DNA from: Tubiluchus corallicola
Taxonomy: Eukaryota > Animalia > Priapulida
DNA: 64,000 bases
Direction: 5' to 3'
Assembly: GCA_030141605.1 (NCBI GenBank)
Contig: JAQGDQ010000706.1
Span: 45,460 to 109,459, forward strand
Below, piece by piece: positions 1 through 59,200 of this stretch. Within the stretch, counting starts at the first letter, position 1; the number at the start of each line of letters is the position of its first letter. The notes beneath the pieces were generated by a model that saw only the letters and a list, made by a program, of their open reading frames with translations, made no database searches and was not told the origin of the DNA. A program made the translations under genes and the position numbers.

Positions 1-1042
1 CAATCCTAGAAAATAAAATCCTTGTTAGTCATAGTCGTACGATGCTTGGGGTTAAGGAGGAGGAGGAGGCGATTGCACGGCAAAAGAAGCAAATAATTAT
101 GTTTAAAATTTAAGATTTCAATGTTAAAAAATTGCTGCAATTAAAGACTTTATGTGACGAATTGTTTATAAACTTTAATAATTATAAAGCTATGATAATA
201 CCTGCTATCAGTTTTAGTTCACTAAACCTCATAAGTCCATTATTCACATGCTAAGCACACACTCCTCAATGTCCTGGTAAAGTTATACGCATGTTTGCAA
301 AAGGAAAACGTAATCTGAGTCATCATTATTTCTTTTGAATTTGTCAAACGTTGGAAAAACTATTGTGAAAGTATTTGCATGTTTGTTCAGTGAAAATGCA
401 AATGTTTGACTTGTGTCTTGTTAGACTAGTGATTTCTTCGTAAAAGACATTTATTATAATTTGGTGTTCTTGCATTTATTTATTGTTACTTTTGCAATTG
501 CTATATGGTGTGATGTCAGGAGCTGATTGTCTCCCCCCCCTCAAATTAGAGCAACTTGGAAAATTTTCAGAGCAAATTTATTGTACCTCCCCCTTGTGAA
601 GCTTCATCCCGTACGCCTAGCGTTTTACTAATAAGTAATTTTAATAAAACATTCTGCCATGTGAAACATTTTGAAAGCTTGATCAGAACAAAAAACTGCA
701 GAATTTGCTTTTTAGTAATTTCTTTGATTCTTTGCATAGTCACATCCTGTTAGCTGGAGCTTTGTTGTTCACCCACTGAATTAAACAGTAAAATATATGC
801 AAAACTTACAAACATTTATTAGTTTTAGATTTACCCTGTGTAAATAAAACAAAAAATACCATCTGCAAATAACAAAACCTCCTGGTAATGCACGTTATAC
901 AAGTTATAACAGCACACCGGGAAGGGGAGCTGGCTGTTTCAAACCTTCCCCGCACGAATTCTGACTAAACAAAGCTGAGGTCCTTAACGACTGTTTACCA
1001 ACCTAATAACAGATTTCTTTTTTATGATTTCTAAGGATTTTT

Positions 1043-1780
1043 TTAAAAAGGAGATTTTCCAATGTTTACTAGAGATTTTTTTAGACATTTTGTCACTTCT
1101 GTTTGCCAAAAACGAAACTTACCTCTTGCCCATATAGTAACTCGAGAAGTGGAGCTATTTGGGTGTAGCAGAGGCTTCTCTAAGCTCTCCACCCCCAGTG
1201 CACTCAAGCGTAAGAAGTATCGATGTTGAGTCATATCCAAGGCAGGAAGCTTCAAATCTCGCCGGGGTGCAAGAATCCTTATTTCTAGTAGACCAGTTAC
1301 TTTAGCAAAAGCTTGTGGATGTATGTGCAAGAGCTCTTCATCAAAATCGAATGCAAGTCGTTCAGTGGTACCTTCAATAGCATTAGCAGGCAAGGTAGTG
1401 AATTTACCTACTTTTATGTATAATCCATTCATTGATTTGCCAGTAAAATTCATTCTGAAAGCATTTCCATCAGCGGGTTCGTTGGTTGCGAATTGTTCGA
1501 TAAAAAGTAAATCTATAGGTTGAGGAAGCTTATCAACTATATTCTGAATATCCTCAGGTTTCAAGCAATAACCTTCATATGGTGTTCCCGAGTAGCACTT
1601 TGGTTCTTGAGAGTTTGGTCTGCAGAATATAGTACAATTGTCTCCATTGGTAAAGCGTGTGAAATGAGAGCATAAATGATGGTCAATCTTTTTACAAAAG
1701 TCTGAAAACCCTCGCTGAATGCACATCACGACAATAATAAATGCACCACAAAGGATTATAGAAACTTTAGGTGCCTCCAT
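1043..1780 (-). CDS. Putative secreted/surface protein: signal peptide, Cys-rich cap, LRR-like repeats (probably spliced at 1123)
   Basis: 245-codon ORF from ATG. Hydrophobic N-terminus (VSIILCGAFIIVVMCI), Cys cluster, LRR-like segments FTTLPANAIEG, LLHIHPQAFAKVTGL, LKLPALDM. Strong donor AG|gtaagt after 1123; downstream exon not identified. Confidence 0.55.
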   Translation of the reverse strand: MEAPKVSIILCGAFIIVVMCIQRGFSDFCKKIDHHLCSHFTRFTNGDNCTIFCRPNSQEPKCYSGTPYEGYCLKPEDIQNIVDKLPQPIDLLFIEQFATNEPADGNAFRMNFTGKSMNGLYIKVGKFTTLPANAIEGTTERLAFDFDEELLHIHPQAFAKVTGLLEIRILAPRRDLKLPALDMTQHRYFLRLSALGVESLEKPLLHPNSSTSRVTIWARGKFRFWQTEVTKCLKKSLVNIGKSPF

Positions 1781-1997
1781 CTTAGTGCAAACAGGTCAAC
1801 AAGTTAAGTTAGTACGCTTGACTGTCTTCGAAACGGATATTGAAGGTAGCAGACACAAGTTTCAAATGAGCAAAAATTAGAATGTTTAGGAGGAATGAAC
1901 AATAGTTAATGCTTTACCGTAACTATGACAACATGACGTAATAATGTCTCTGCGTAACTTATCATCGCATATATTAATTCTACAGGTATGGGCTTAA

Positions 1998-2735
1998 TAT
2001 ATATATTTATATTTATATAAGATTCGAGGCTACAGCTCCGACGACTGCGCCATTTGCGGCGATCTATACATCAAACGAAGGGTCTCGATCTAGTGTTGTC
2101 TCATTTGTGGTATATTTTTCGAATCGGGCCCACCGGGATGAACGGGGGGTGAAAAACATCCAAAAATGGCCATTTTCGGCTGTTTTTTGCAAAAGTTATA
2201 CGTCTGAGATGTAGAGAACGGGAATGGGCCGAGGGTGGTTCTTGCTATGGATAGATAGCCCTTTCAGCGATGGGTGTCATAGGCCTATTTAGAATTCGCG
2301 AGAGGGTCATAGCGTCCAGTGACGGGCGTTTCCCGGACCCAACTCGCTATTTTTTCGAAATTTTTGTCAAACAGCCTGCAGAAAAAACGGTCTAGTGGCG
2401 CCCGGTGGGACTCTCAGAAAGAGATATATTGCTCTTTAGAAAGAGGAAGAACAGGGCTACACAATGATGTGGGCTATATTTTAGGGCAGGTCCACCAAGA
2501 GGAGTGACGACGAGTTAATTACATGTTCTATTTTTGACAATTTTAGCTTGGAAAACTGCTGACGCAAAGCCATTGTTCTGACGTCATCCATTATACTCTG
2601 CCTATAACCTTAAAACTTTAATTCAGTAAAAGCTGCTGCTGGCTTTGCGTTATAAGTGAGGACTATGTAGGATGTTCGCGAATTTTTGATTATATGTGTA
2701 TTTCTACGCAAATTTTTTTGCTGGGCCTTTGCTAG
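1998..2735 (+). mobile_element. Non-autonomous Helitron-like element, copy 1
   Basis: Starts in (TA)n-TAAGATTCG and ends GGGCCTTTGCTAG|T, with subterminal hairpin GCAAA-TTTT-TTTGC. Inverted homolog at 3172-3885 and fragment at about 58565-58683. Confidence 0.55.
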
Positions 2736-3171
2736 TTATTATTATTATTATTATTAAGTATCGTATACTACATGCAGTAGGCAGCATACCAGTTAACCAT
2801 ATTATACAATGCATGTGATTGACAATCTGTTATTCTGTAGTGATTAATAAGAATATTACTTAAAGAGCCGTTAATAAAATTTGCAGTTATTAGGAATATT
2901 TGACAATAAACCGTTCTGTCATATTAACACATTATCTAGTCGTCGGTACGTGAACATGAAACAGACTTTTCCCATAAGTTTCTTACAGCGAGGCTTTTTT
3001 AACATCGCGAGTGAGCATCGTTTTATTCTGTTCGTAGATTGTGTGGTTTGTGATTGTGTGTTCAGCCTACTGTACTAAGTTACTAGTGAACATCTTGCTA
3101 TAGGCTTTTAGAATATATTAAGCTATTAATATAGTAACTATTATGTATTAACTATTAAACTATAATATCTA

Positions 3172-3885
3172 CTAGCAAAGGCCCTGCAAAAACAGTCCTA
3201 CCTAGTCCTCACTTATAACGTAAAGCCAGTAGCAGCTTTTACTGAATTAAGTTATAAGGTTACAGACAGAGTATAATGGATGACGTCAGAACAATGGCTT
3301 TACGTCAGCAATTTTCCAAGCGAAAATTGCTGAAAATGGAACATTTAATTAACTCGTCGGTACTCCTCTTGGTGGACGTGTCCTAAAATATAGCCCACAT
3401 CATCCTGTAGCCCTGTTCTTCCTCTTTCTAAAGAGCTATATATCTCCTTTCGAGAGTCGAGAGTCTCCTTCCGAGAGTCCCACCAGGCGCCGCTATAACG
3501 TTTTTCTGCAGGCTGTTTGATCAAAATTTCGAAAAAATTGCAAGTTGGGTCCAGGAAAACGTCCGTTGCGGGACCCCGTGGCCCTCTCGCGAAGTCTCAA
3601 TACGCCTACTACACCCACCGCTATCTACCCGTGGCCAGCACCACCCTCGGCCCATTCCCGTTCTTCAGAAATAAGAGGTATAAGTTTTGCAAAAAACGGT
3701 CTAAAAATGGCCATTTTTGGAGGTTTTTCGCCCCCCCGTTCCTCCCGGTGGGCCCGATTCGAAAAATAAACCATCAATGGCATGACACTAGATCGAGACA
3801 TTTCGTCTGATGTATAGATCGCCGCAAATGGTGCCGCCGTCGGAGCTGTAGCCTCGAATCTTATATATATATATAAATATATATA
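3172..3885 (-). mobile_element. Non-autonomous Helitron-like element, copy 2 (inverted relative to copy 1)
   Basis: Reverse complement aligns to 1998-2735 along its length and has the same GGGCCTTTGCTAG|T end. Confidence 0.55.
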
Positions 3886-4732
3886 TGACATACCAGTGGA
3901 ATTAATATATACGATTACATTAAAATATTGCAATTTCGTGCCTCCTGCCAAAAAATGGATTGTGGCAAAACGCCTTGCTATTTACGACATGCACCTTACG
4001 GAAGATGGAAGACGCCTTATGGCTTTTTGATCATGTCTTGCTCCTTACAGCTTTTTCTGTGTGATACGAGCCTTAAACTCTTTAAGAACATTTGATGCAC
4101 AAAATTTCGTATACTTTTGTGCGAGGAATGTTTGTGGATGGGAATTTATTTGTTCGTTTTTAAAGTTTTGGGACTAAAGATCATACCCGTCTTAATGATT
4201 TTGTTTAACTTCCCACAAGAGATTGTCCTATGGAAACTATATTTTCTTCACGCGCGCTAGCTCTTCCAGACCATTGCTTTTTGATCACTGGTAGTAAGTT
4301 GTTTTTAAGGCTTTACATGCATGTACGCATAGAATTCATAGTGTTGTTTCCTTATTGTAATGGATTCTGGTCAGTTTTTGAGCAATAGTGACAGATTTTG
4401 TTTCTTAAATAACTCACTATGTAATTATTTGTTTTAGATTTTATTAGGAAAATCCAACGTTATATGAAATTTATTACGTAGTGTTTTGTTTATGAAACAA
4501 ATGTTGTTGTTATTTCAAAGAATTTAAAAACTTTATAATAGCGAGGGGTTTTCGGCTTGTCCGACGAAAAATGCACTTTGTGAAAGAACAAAGCTGCACA
4601 TGGACTGCACAAACACACTGCGATAATTAGTAGCAATGTCTTTAAGTTTACTTATTTAGAGGTATGGTTGCACTGTGAATTAATTTATGTGCAGTTTGTA
4701 ATGAAACTATTTATTAGCTGTTCAAATTTCAG

Positions 4733-50657
<45,925 letters not shown>

Positions 50658-52284
50658 GGATAAACATCTGCACATTCTGCCCGTGGATGTGCAGAAACCT
50701 AAATACATGCAATTTCGCTTTCGTCCGGTACAGCATTAAATTAATCGTTGCCTGGTGGAACCGCTTAAATAGTCCCAGCCAACTTATAAAACCTTGACAT
50801 TTAGTCGGTCTATTCGAGCTGTGCTTTTCTGAGTGTTATAAAAGGTTGGACTGCCAGTATGAATACTTTGGTTACATATTGTCATAGGACAAGTTTTTTT
50901 CAAATTGGGTGTATTTTTCCATTAGCTGGGTCTGTTTTGTAGTGTTATGTGGCTTTTAATTTTGGCCATATGTCAACTAAATATATTTGTTAGCAATTTT
51001 AGTTCATTTAGACATATCGCCAAATGCGGTAAAGCAGTGCTTACGTATTTATTTACCCGGAAAATTTAGTTTTAATGGTTGTTGATAGCTGAAACAAAAA
51101 TTACCCTTGTAATGATGATGCAGTGTCATCAATTAATGCAATAATCACAGTTTGTAAATTTAATCGTGATTGTGATACGAATATAACTAGTCTAATCTCT
51201 CAGTATTCGTTGTTTTTGATTTGTTGTAAATGATGTATCATGTATGTTTAGTCCTCATAGATGCTATTATTGCTGGCACAACGGAACTTGTTCATAAATG
51301 TAAATGGACGGGTGGAAAACTACTCGGCTTTACTAGCTCCGGCAGTCTCTTTGGTCTGATTTACCTCTGACACCTCTGCTGATCCAGTGTCTCATCTTAG
51401 AAGATTGCTTTATAGTGAGCTAGGTACCAGTCCCACCACTGCCATTCTGTAAGCAGTAGGCCGTGCCAACGAATGCTAGATACCAGCTTTCAGTGTGCCA
51501 AACAGATAGAAAATGCGTAACTCCATATTTAATATTTATACAAGCTTATTTCTCTGGTGGTTTATTTACTGTTTTTTTGCTCTTGTGAATGTTCAACAAA
51601 GAAACAAAGTTTGTTTGTACAGTAAACAATAATTTATTTATTATGTTGCGAATATCTGTTTACAATAAATTCACATTGTTGCAATATTAAACCTCGTTTT
51701 GTACGAATTGTCGACAAAAATGTCGTACGCTAAAGAATGTTGCTACAAAAAACAATGTCCTAGTCGATTAATTTGCTACGTTTCAGCATAAACAAATAGT
51801 GACAGTTCATTATACATGTACATTGGCAGTCAGACAAATTTAACGAGATCTTAAGTACAATCAATCAAACAAGAAAATATTTCATTTTTCTGCAATTATG
51901 ATTTTTGTTAGACGTTTATTGGGCTTACACTTTTGCAAGCCATTCCATAGATACACGTTAATTTTACCAAACTTTACAAGCCTTTGATTAGTCAGAATTG
52001 TAAAAAATTAAGAAAATAGATTCAATTGAAAGCTGTTGAATTAAGATAAGATATTGTTTAAATTTATCCAGACATCATTTCTGCAGATAGAAAAACAGTT
52101 GCTGTATCTTATCAGCTCGGTCTATGACCACATACAATCAAACCTTGTTATAAAGTCCTCTTTATAATGCTAAGCTTGCTTAATGCCCGAATTTTTTCCA
52201 AAAACATAATGTCTAGATTTGCATAGACAAGTATGTGATTTAAAGAGATTTGACTATAAATACGTAAAGTAAATGACATACGAT

Positions 52285-53787
52285 AAAAGTATTGAAGAAT
52301 TAAAGGCTTGTTGACTGGTATCAAGCTACAACAATTTACAAAAAAGGTGTTGAAGAATTAAAGGCTTGTTGACTGGTATCAAGCTACAACAATTTACAAA
52401 AAAGGTGTTGAAGAATTAAAGGCTTGTTGACTGGTATCAAGCTACAACAATTTACAAAAAAGGTGTTGAAGAATTAAAGGGCTGTTGACTGGTATCAAGC
52501 TACAATTTACGAAAAAAGTATTGAAGAATTAAAGGGTTGTTGACTGGTATCAAAGCTACAACAATTTAGAAAAAAGGTGTTGAAGAATTAAAGTGTTGTT
52601 GACTGGTATCAAGCACAACAATTTACGAAAAAGGTGTTGAAGAATTAAAGGGTTGTTGACTGGTATCAAGCTACAACAATTTACAAAAAAGGTGTTGAAG
52701 AATTAAAGGGTTGTTGACTGGTATCAAGCTACAACAATTTACAAAAAAAGTATTGAAGAATTAAAGGGTTGTTGACTGGTATCAAGCTACAATTTACGAA
52801 AAAAGTATTGAAGAATTAAAGGGTTGTTGACTGGTATCAAAGCTACAACAATTTAGAAAAAAGGTGTTGAAGAATTAAAGTGTTGTTGACTGGTATCAAG
52901 CAACAACAATTTACGAAAAAGGTGTTGAAGAATTAAAGGGTTGTTGACTGGTATCAAGCTACAACAATTTACAAAAAAGGTGTTGAAGAATTAAAGGGTT
53001 GTTGACTGGTATCAAGCTACAACAATTTACAAAAAAAGTATTGAAGAATTAAAGGGTTGTTGACTGGTATCAAGCTACAATTTACGAAAAAAGTATTGAA
53101 GAATTAAAGGGTTGTTGACTGGTATCAAAGCTACAACAATTTAGAAAAAAGGTGTTGAAGAATTAAAGTGTTGTTGACTGGTATCAAGCTACAACAATTT
53201 ACGAAAAAGGTGTTGAAGAATTAAAGGGTTGTTGACTGGTATCAAGCTACAACAATTTACAAAAAAATTCTTGAAGAATTAAAGGGTTGTTGACTGGTAT
53301 CAAGCTACAACAATTTACGAAAAAAGTGTTGAAGAATTAAAGGGTTGTTGACTGGTATCAAGCTACAACAATTTACGAAAAAAGTATTGAAGAATTAAAG
53401 GGTTGTTGACTGGTATCAAAGCTACAACAATTTACAAAAAAGGTGTTGAAGAATTAAAGGGTTGTTGACTGGTATCAAGCTACAACAATTTACAAAAAAG
53501 TTGTTGAAGAATCAAAGGGTTGTTGACTGGTATCAAGCTACAAAATTCTTGAAGAATTAAAGGGTTGTTGACTGGTATCAAGCTACAATAATTTACGAAA
53601 AAATTCTTGAAGAATTAAAGGGTTGTTGACTGGTATCAAGCTACAACAATTTACGAAAAAATTCTTGAAGAATTAAAGGGTTGTTGACTGGCATCAAGCT
53701 ACAACAATTTACGAAAAAATTCTTGAAGAATTAAAGGGTTGTTGACTGGTATCAAGCTACAACAATTTACGAAAAAATTCTTGAACA
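52285..53787. repeat. 58-bp satellite with 5-mer higher-order repeat
   Basis: TTGAAGAATTAAAGGGTTGTTGACTGGTATCAAGCTACAACAATTTAC..., about 26 copies. Confidence 0.95.
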
Positions 53788-55347
53788 TTAACGCATTTCG
53801 TTGATTTTGCCTGTAAAGCAAGGCATGCATAGGCAACCATACACCTCACAGTACTAAATGTGTTCAAAAACACCTAAACACAAACTAAGCCATAGATCAG
53901 AGTTTTCCTCAGCGTTGAGTGGAAAAATACACGTATTCTTTGATAATAAAAACTTCTTTTCATAGACAAATGTGTGAGTTTGACTGGCCATATCTTTCAG
54001 ATGCCTATGCAAGCTAAGGTAACTGTAAGCTAACATCAACCATAAATATCAAGCATGCAGTGTATTCCAAAAGGCGCCCGCTCCATGCTCATTTCACTTG
54101 CTACTCAGTAAACCCAAAAAATATGCTCATTTTTTTTAAAATGACGTGACTTGTACATTTGTACCATTTCACTTGCTATTCAGTAAACCCCAAAAACATA
54201 CTCAAACTTTTAAAAATTGACATTGTACAGCTTTTAAATCTTTGAATGCCGACAAACTTAAACAACAGTCAATGCTGCTCCTAGCAACTTCTTTTCATCA
54301 GTGATCTTGCTCGCGCATCGCAGGACACGTGATTCTTGCCTGACGATTGGAAACCGCCGTTTCATCTTCACACTTTGTGCTCTAATCACTTCGTAAGAAA
54401 TTGGAAAAAGCACAACAGAAAAAAGCAAAATACCGTATATACTTATGTACAAGTCGAATTTTTGGGAGGCGATTTTAAGGTGAAATTTTTGGGGTCGACT
54501 TATAATTACGATACATTTTTGGGAGAAGTCGCTAAAGAGTCAACTACAATATCAATATGTAAAGAAATAATCTTTCATTATACGCTGGACTGAATGAACA
54601 CTCATACTGTGATACTTCAGAGAATGTTCGCATCTTGACAAACATTACTGTAATTTATTTTAGTAATGCCCTCAACATGAATATATACATAGTAACTGCA
54701 GTGTTTGCACCGTAACAATGTACAGTATCACTTGTGTGAAATCGGCTAATGCAGAAAATTTCAACTATCCAGACATAACACACTGATAAACTTTGGCCTC
54801 AAGTCTGCTCTATTTTTAAGGAGAAATTCCTGTTGCGCTCTAGCAAGCAGGCGATCAATAAATTAGTGTGTACGATCTCAGAAGAGCCATCTACTGGATT
54901 TTAACATAACTTCAATGTGTTCTTGCAAAGTCCATAGCAACCAACATTTGTGCGGTTGCTAAGTGTTTTGTAGAAACGCGTCAAAAAACAATGGCTAACT
55001 TTAACAGTGATTTTCTCAAGGTTATGTTTTTCAGTGCGTAGACTGCACCTCAACTTCAACGTGGATTATCTCAGCTTAGAAATAACATAGAGTGATGAGC
55101 TTAGTATCAAAATGATCCTCATGAAATGGAGATTCAGGATGCGTGAATAACTAGAAAAGCTTAATTGTGAACTTATGGACGATTTTGCTATGCAAGCACA
55201 CGATTGTTAAAGATAAATGTGCAGACTGTGCGAGTCAATCATCCAACTCAGACATCACTTATGAAACAACTTGCCTCTAGCAGACGCATACAAAACGATA
55301 TCAAAATAAATGCTATTACAAACTGCACAAACGTTTGTGCATACGCA

Positions 55348-55927
55348 TGTCGTGAAGTTTGGGCTTCACGATTCACCCGCCGCAAAGAAGCCATTGTGAA
55401 TTAATTTACGTATAGCTGTAGGAACTGGTTTGAGGAGTTAACCTAGTTAAAATAGGAAGTTAGTCGTTGAGTTGATATGGAACAGAAAAAATGTATATTG
55501 CGCTTTCGTAAAAAGAATAAATTTATAGCGTTATGGCAGAAGGAAAAGTTCTCGTTTTTGTTTTACTGTCGTCGAAAAAGTCACTACGATAATTGGTGCA
55601 AGAAAACCCGGGAATACCAGGAACATTTAGATCTGTTTATTAGAAAGCATTTCAAGTGCAGAATAAAGACTATTTCGGCACCAATTGTCGTGGTGACTTT
55701 TGCGATGACAGTAAAACAAAAAGAAGAACTTTTACTTCTACCACAACGTTAAATTTATTCCTTTTTCGAAAGCGCAATATACATGTTTTCTGTTCCATCT
55801 CAACTCAACAACTAACTTCCTATCTTAACTAGGTTAACTCCTCGAACCAGTTCCTACAGCTAGACGTAAATTAATTCACAATGGCTTCTTTACGGCGGGT
55901 GAATCGCGAAGCCCAAACTTCACGACA
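55348..55927. mobile_element. Foldback MITE with TGT..ACA ends and 5-bp TSD (Ginger2-like)
   Basis: Inverted arms of about 255 bp; TSD ACGCA on both sides. Confidence 0.8.
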
Positions 55928-56272
55928 ACGCAAGTGCCTATCTACAAATCTAATCGATAGATACTGAATTCTTTTCTAAGAATATATTACGTCCTTCCTG
56001 ATGCGGTTATTATAATTGTGATTATTTAACATGCACCTTTAATAATTTCACCTACTTTGCTTGGAACCACGTTCTAAACAATGCCATAATATCAGTGATA
56101 CAACGATGACAAAAAATACACGACTTCTTTCTATCGTTACTACGCGCTCGTATGCGACGTACCAATTTCGTCGCTTGCAAATACGCATACGAGCAAAAAC
56201 AAGAGCTGGCAAAGAGCAAAGCAGACGCGTATTAAACAAAAGATCATCCATAATGCACTAGCGGAAGTGACA

Positions 56273-59200
56273 TCATCGTCCCGCGTCGGCCAGGTCGAGT
56301 TTGGCGCTGGCGTCGGCAGCTTCTTGTATATCCTGTGAAATAAAGAGTACCGAGTTATTCAGAAATATCCACCAGTCCGCGCCACTAAATTATTACTTAG
56401 TAAATAAAATTAATTAAACTAATTAATTGGTTAAATAAATTAAACTAAGTAGGGGTGCACCAATTTTTTCCCCCAAGTATCAGTACAAAAATCCGGTCTC
56501 GTAAGCCCCGAAGGTTCGGTATCAGTCTCCTAAGCTCCGGTTTAAGCCCCGAAAGGTCGGTATCAAGAGGTCACACTATTCCTAGATATGTTTCACGCTA
56601 CAAACATACATTATTACATTTCTCTGAAAAACTACAGCACATTATACCAAAGATGTAAGTATCTTTATTTATCACCTTTTTTACAAGAAAAACACAGAGC
56701 ATGAAACAATAATATGATAGCATAATGCAAAGTGACAAGATTATTAAATGAATAAATTATCTGAGTTACCTTTAAGATACCTTTAAGTATTTATTTTACC
56801 AAAAAATACACAAAAATTTTACTAAATGAATATACTAGTACATAACGTGTAAGACTAATAAGCAAGCTAGCAAGTTTTTTTTCTTTTTTCTCATCTCCTA
56901 AGTAATTGTTGCTCTTTCTCATACTTTTCCTCATAAATTTTTCTATATTACACTTTTTTGATACTTATTTTTTCTTTCCGTACGCTCAGTTTTTAACTTT
57001 ACTCACTAACCTTGGTCAAATTCCCCTGTTTGCTTATACTCCAATGAGAACTCAAGCTGGTCAACTATTATACTATTGCAGTTTAATTAAAGCACAAGAA
57101 ACCTTCCACTTTTACATCAAGCTTAAAAAACTCTTCTTGAGATTTTATACCACTTACATACTACCTTTTTGTATGCAGGACTGGTGTCGGCTTTAACGCT
57201 GTATATAACGTGTAAATTTAAACTCCCGCGATGACCGTTAGGCGCAGCCATTTTACTAGTTTGAAACAAGTTTAGATAACATTAAGTAAAGTTTGAAAAA
57301 ATAATCAGAGTATTCGTAGCATGCATGTTGCTACTTAACTAAAATTGTAAATTACTGAATCTTGTCAATGACATTAAAAATACTTTCTTGGAGTGTGAGA
57401 GGCGTACCCTGGAGGGTGAGTCAACCACATTTTACCCTATTGGCACAAACATTTTAAATTATTAGTCTAGTTACATACGTCTTTCCAGCGGGTAAGTGAA
57501 ATGCTAAGTAATATAGATTTGCACGGAAAGTTTTTTGGGTCATAATTTAACTTTTCCTTTTCTTCCTTTGATTTACGTTTGGTGCATGACGTCATGTAAT
57601 GGCGACTTCGGAACATTATTGTGGGAGATTTAAAGTGAAAACAGACAAAAAATCCTTTCAACGCGAGTACGATATGCGAAGAACAATTTACGTATGATCT
57701 TGGTAATGCAAGTACACATTTGATGGTAAAAAGAAATCACATTCTTGTTAAGATATTGCCACTAGGTGTTGAAGGATTATGAATTGTACCTCTTCTTCCC
57801 AGCCTTCTGAAGCGCCGGCTAGCTGATAATGCTGCTTGCGTAATCCGGCAAGTTTACGTCGCTCTGTGGAGAGGGCGCTCTCGAGTTCCAGCACACGAAC
57901 CTGTGAATCCATCTCTAAACGTTTTGCCGCATGCAGAGATAACTTACTGAAGTCCATTACATCTAAATAAATGAACACGTCAGTTAAAACAGAAGTAGGT
58001 AACAGTGTTTTCTTCCGTTTGTTCATAGGTGGCATCACATGTATAATGCCATTATACTACAGTAGGCGCTGCTTAAAGGAAAACCGGACGATTGTTTAGA
58101 CTCAATCTCACTTTAATTTACTGTCCAAAATATACATTTTCTTGCCTATAAAAGTTAACAATTGCTCCTTACATTTGAATAATTAGCTTAGAAAGTCAAT
58201 TAACGGCAACTGAACACAGCTACAGCTTATGTGAGAAACTAACCATACTTTGTGAAATGGCAGGCCTCTTCCCTTACGGGTCAAGCACATTTGCATAGGT
58301 GTAACAGTACTGCTTAAATGTGTGATGTCATGATAATGGGCTATACGTCATATGACGTCAGAAACTAACACAGCATTGCACGATCATGGTTATCACGGTA
58401 CCGCCTTCTATTTGTCGGCCACGTGAATGTGACAAAAAGGCGCCATTGCCAATCTTACTAGATTCACTGAGCTGCGCGTAACTTTGAAAGTTTAACGAAA
58501 TTTGAGTATCTGGGGGTAATTATTATTTAATCTAAGCGTTAATGTAAAAAAGCTATTGTAGTTTTTAATGGCCATTTTTCTGCCGTTTTTTTTGCAAAAC
58601 TTATACGTCTGAGATCTGAAGAACGGGAACGAGCCGGGAGCGGTGCCGGCCATGGATAGACAGCCCGTTCAGCGGTGGGTGTAATATGTCGAATAAAATT
58701 ATTATTGAACTGTCAAAAAATAAAGTGGAATTAGAAAAAAAATCAATCACAATTGGAATATTTTTGGAAAAGAAGCCACTTACCTCTGTCCTCGATCAGC
58801 TGCACGGCGGTTTTTGCCGAAGCCACCACTCTTCCCGTGGCTTCCGACACCCCGGAGGACGCCTTGGACAGGTCGCGAAGTTTTTCACTGTGCCGATCGG
58901 CCTTGACCTTGGAAGCGACGACCAACTGTGCGGTGCTGGCAGCGATTTCCTGAGAGCACACCATCAGTTCTTCAAACTTTCCCTGCCCGCCCACAACCTT
59001 GTCTGCCGCGTCACTGCAACGTAGTTAAAAAACTTACAATGTTACAGAAAAAAGTACTTCAAAAGTTTATAAACTAAATCTAAATAAAGAAACATTTTGG
59101 CAAAATTTAAATTTATAGATTCAAATAGAAGATTAAATGTGTTGCTCAATATATAAGCATATTACACGTCTAATTATAGTTTTGTATTTTTCGTATCTAA

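Noticed and set aside
4540-4661. Additional upstream polycystin exon
   Set aside because: In-frame TAA in the phase needed to join 4733.
56258-56275. HIP1 stop readthrough extension (TGA-CHFR-TAG)
   Set aside because: No TGA-CTAG context or other support.
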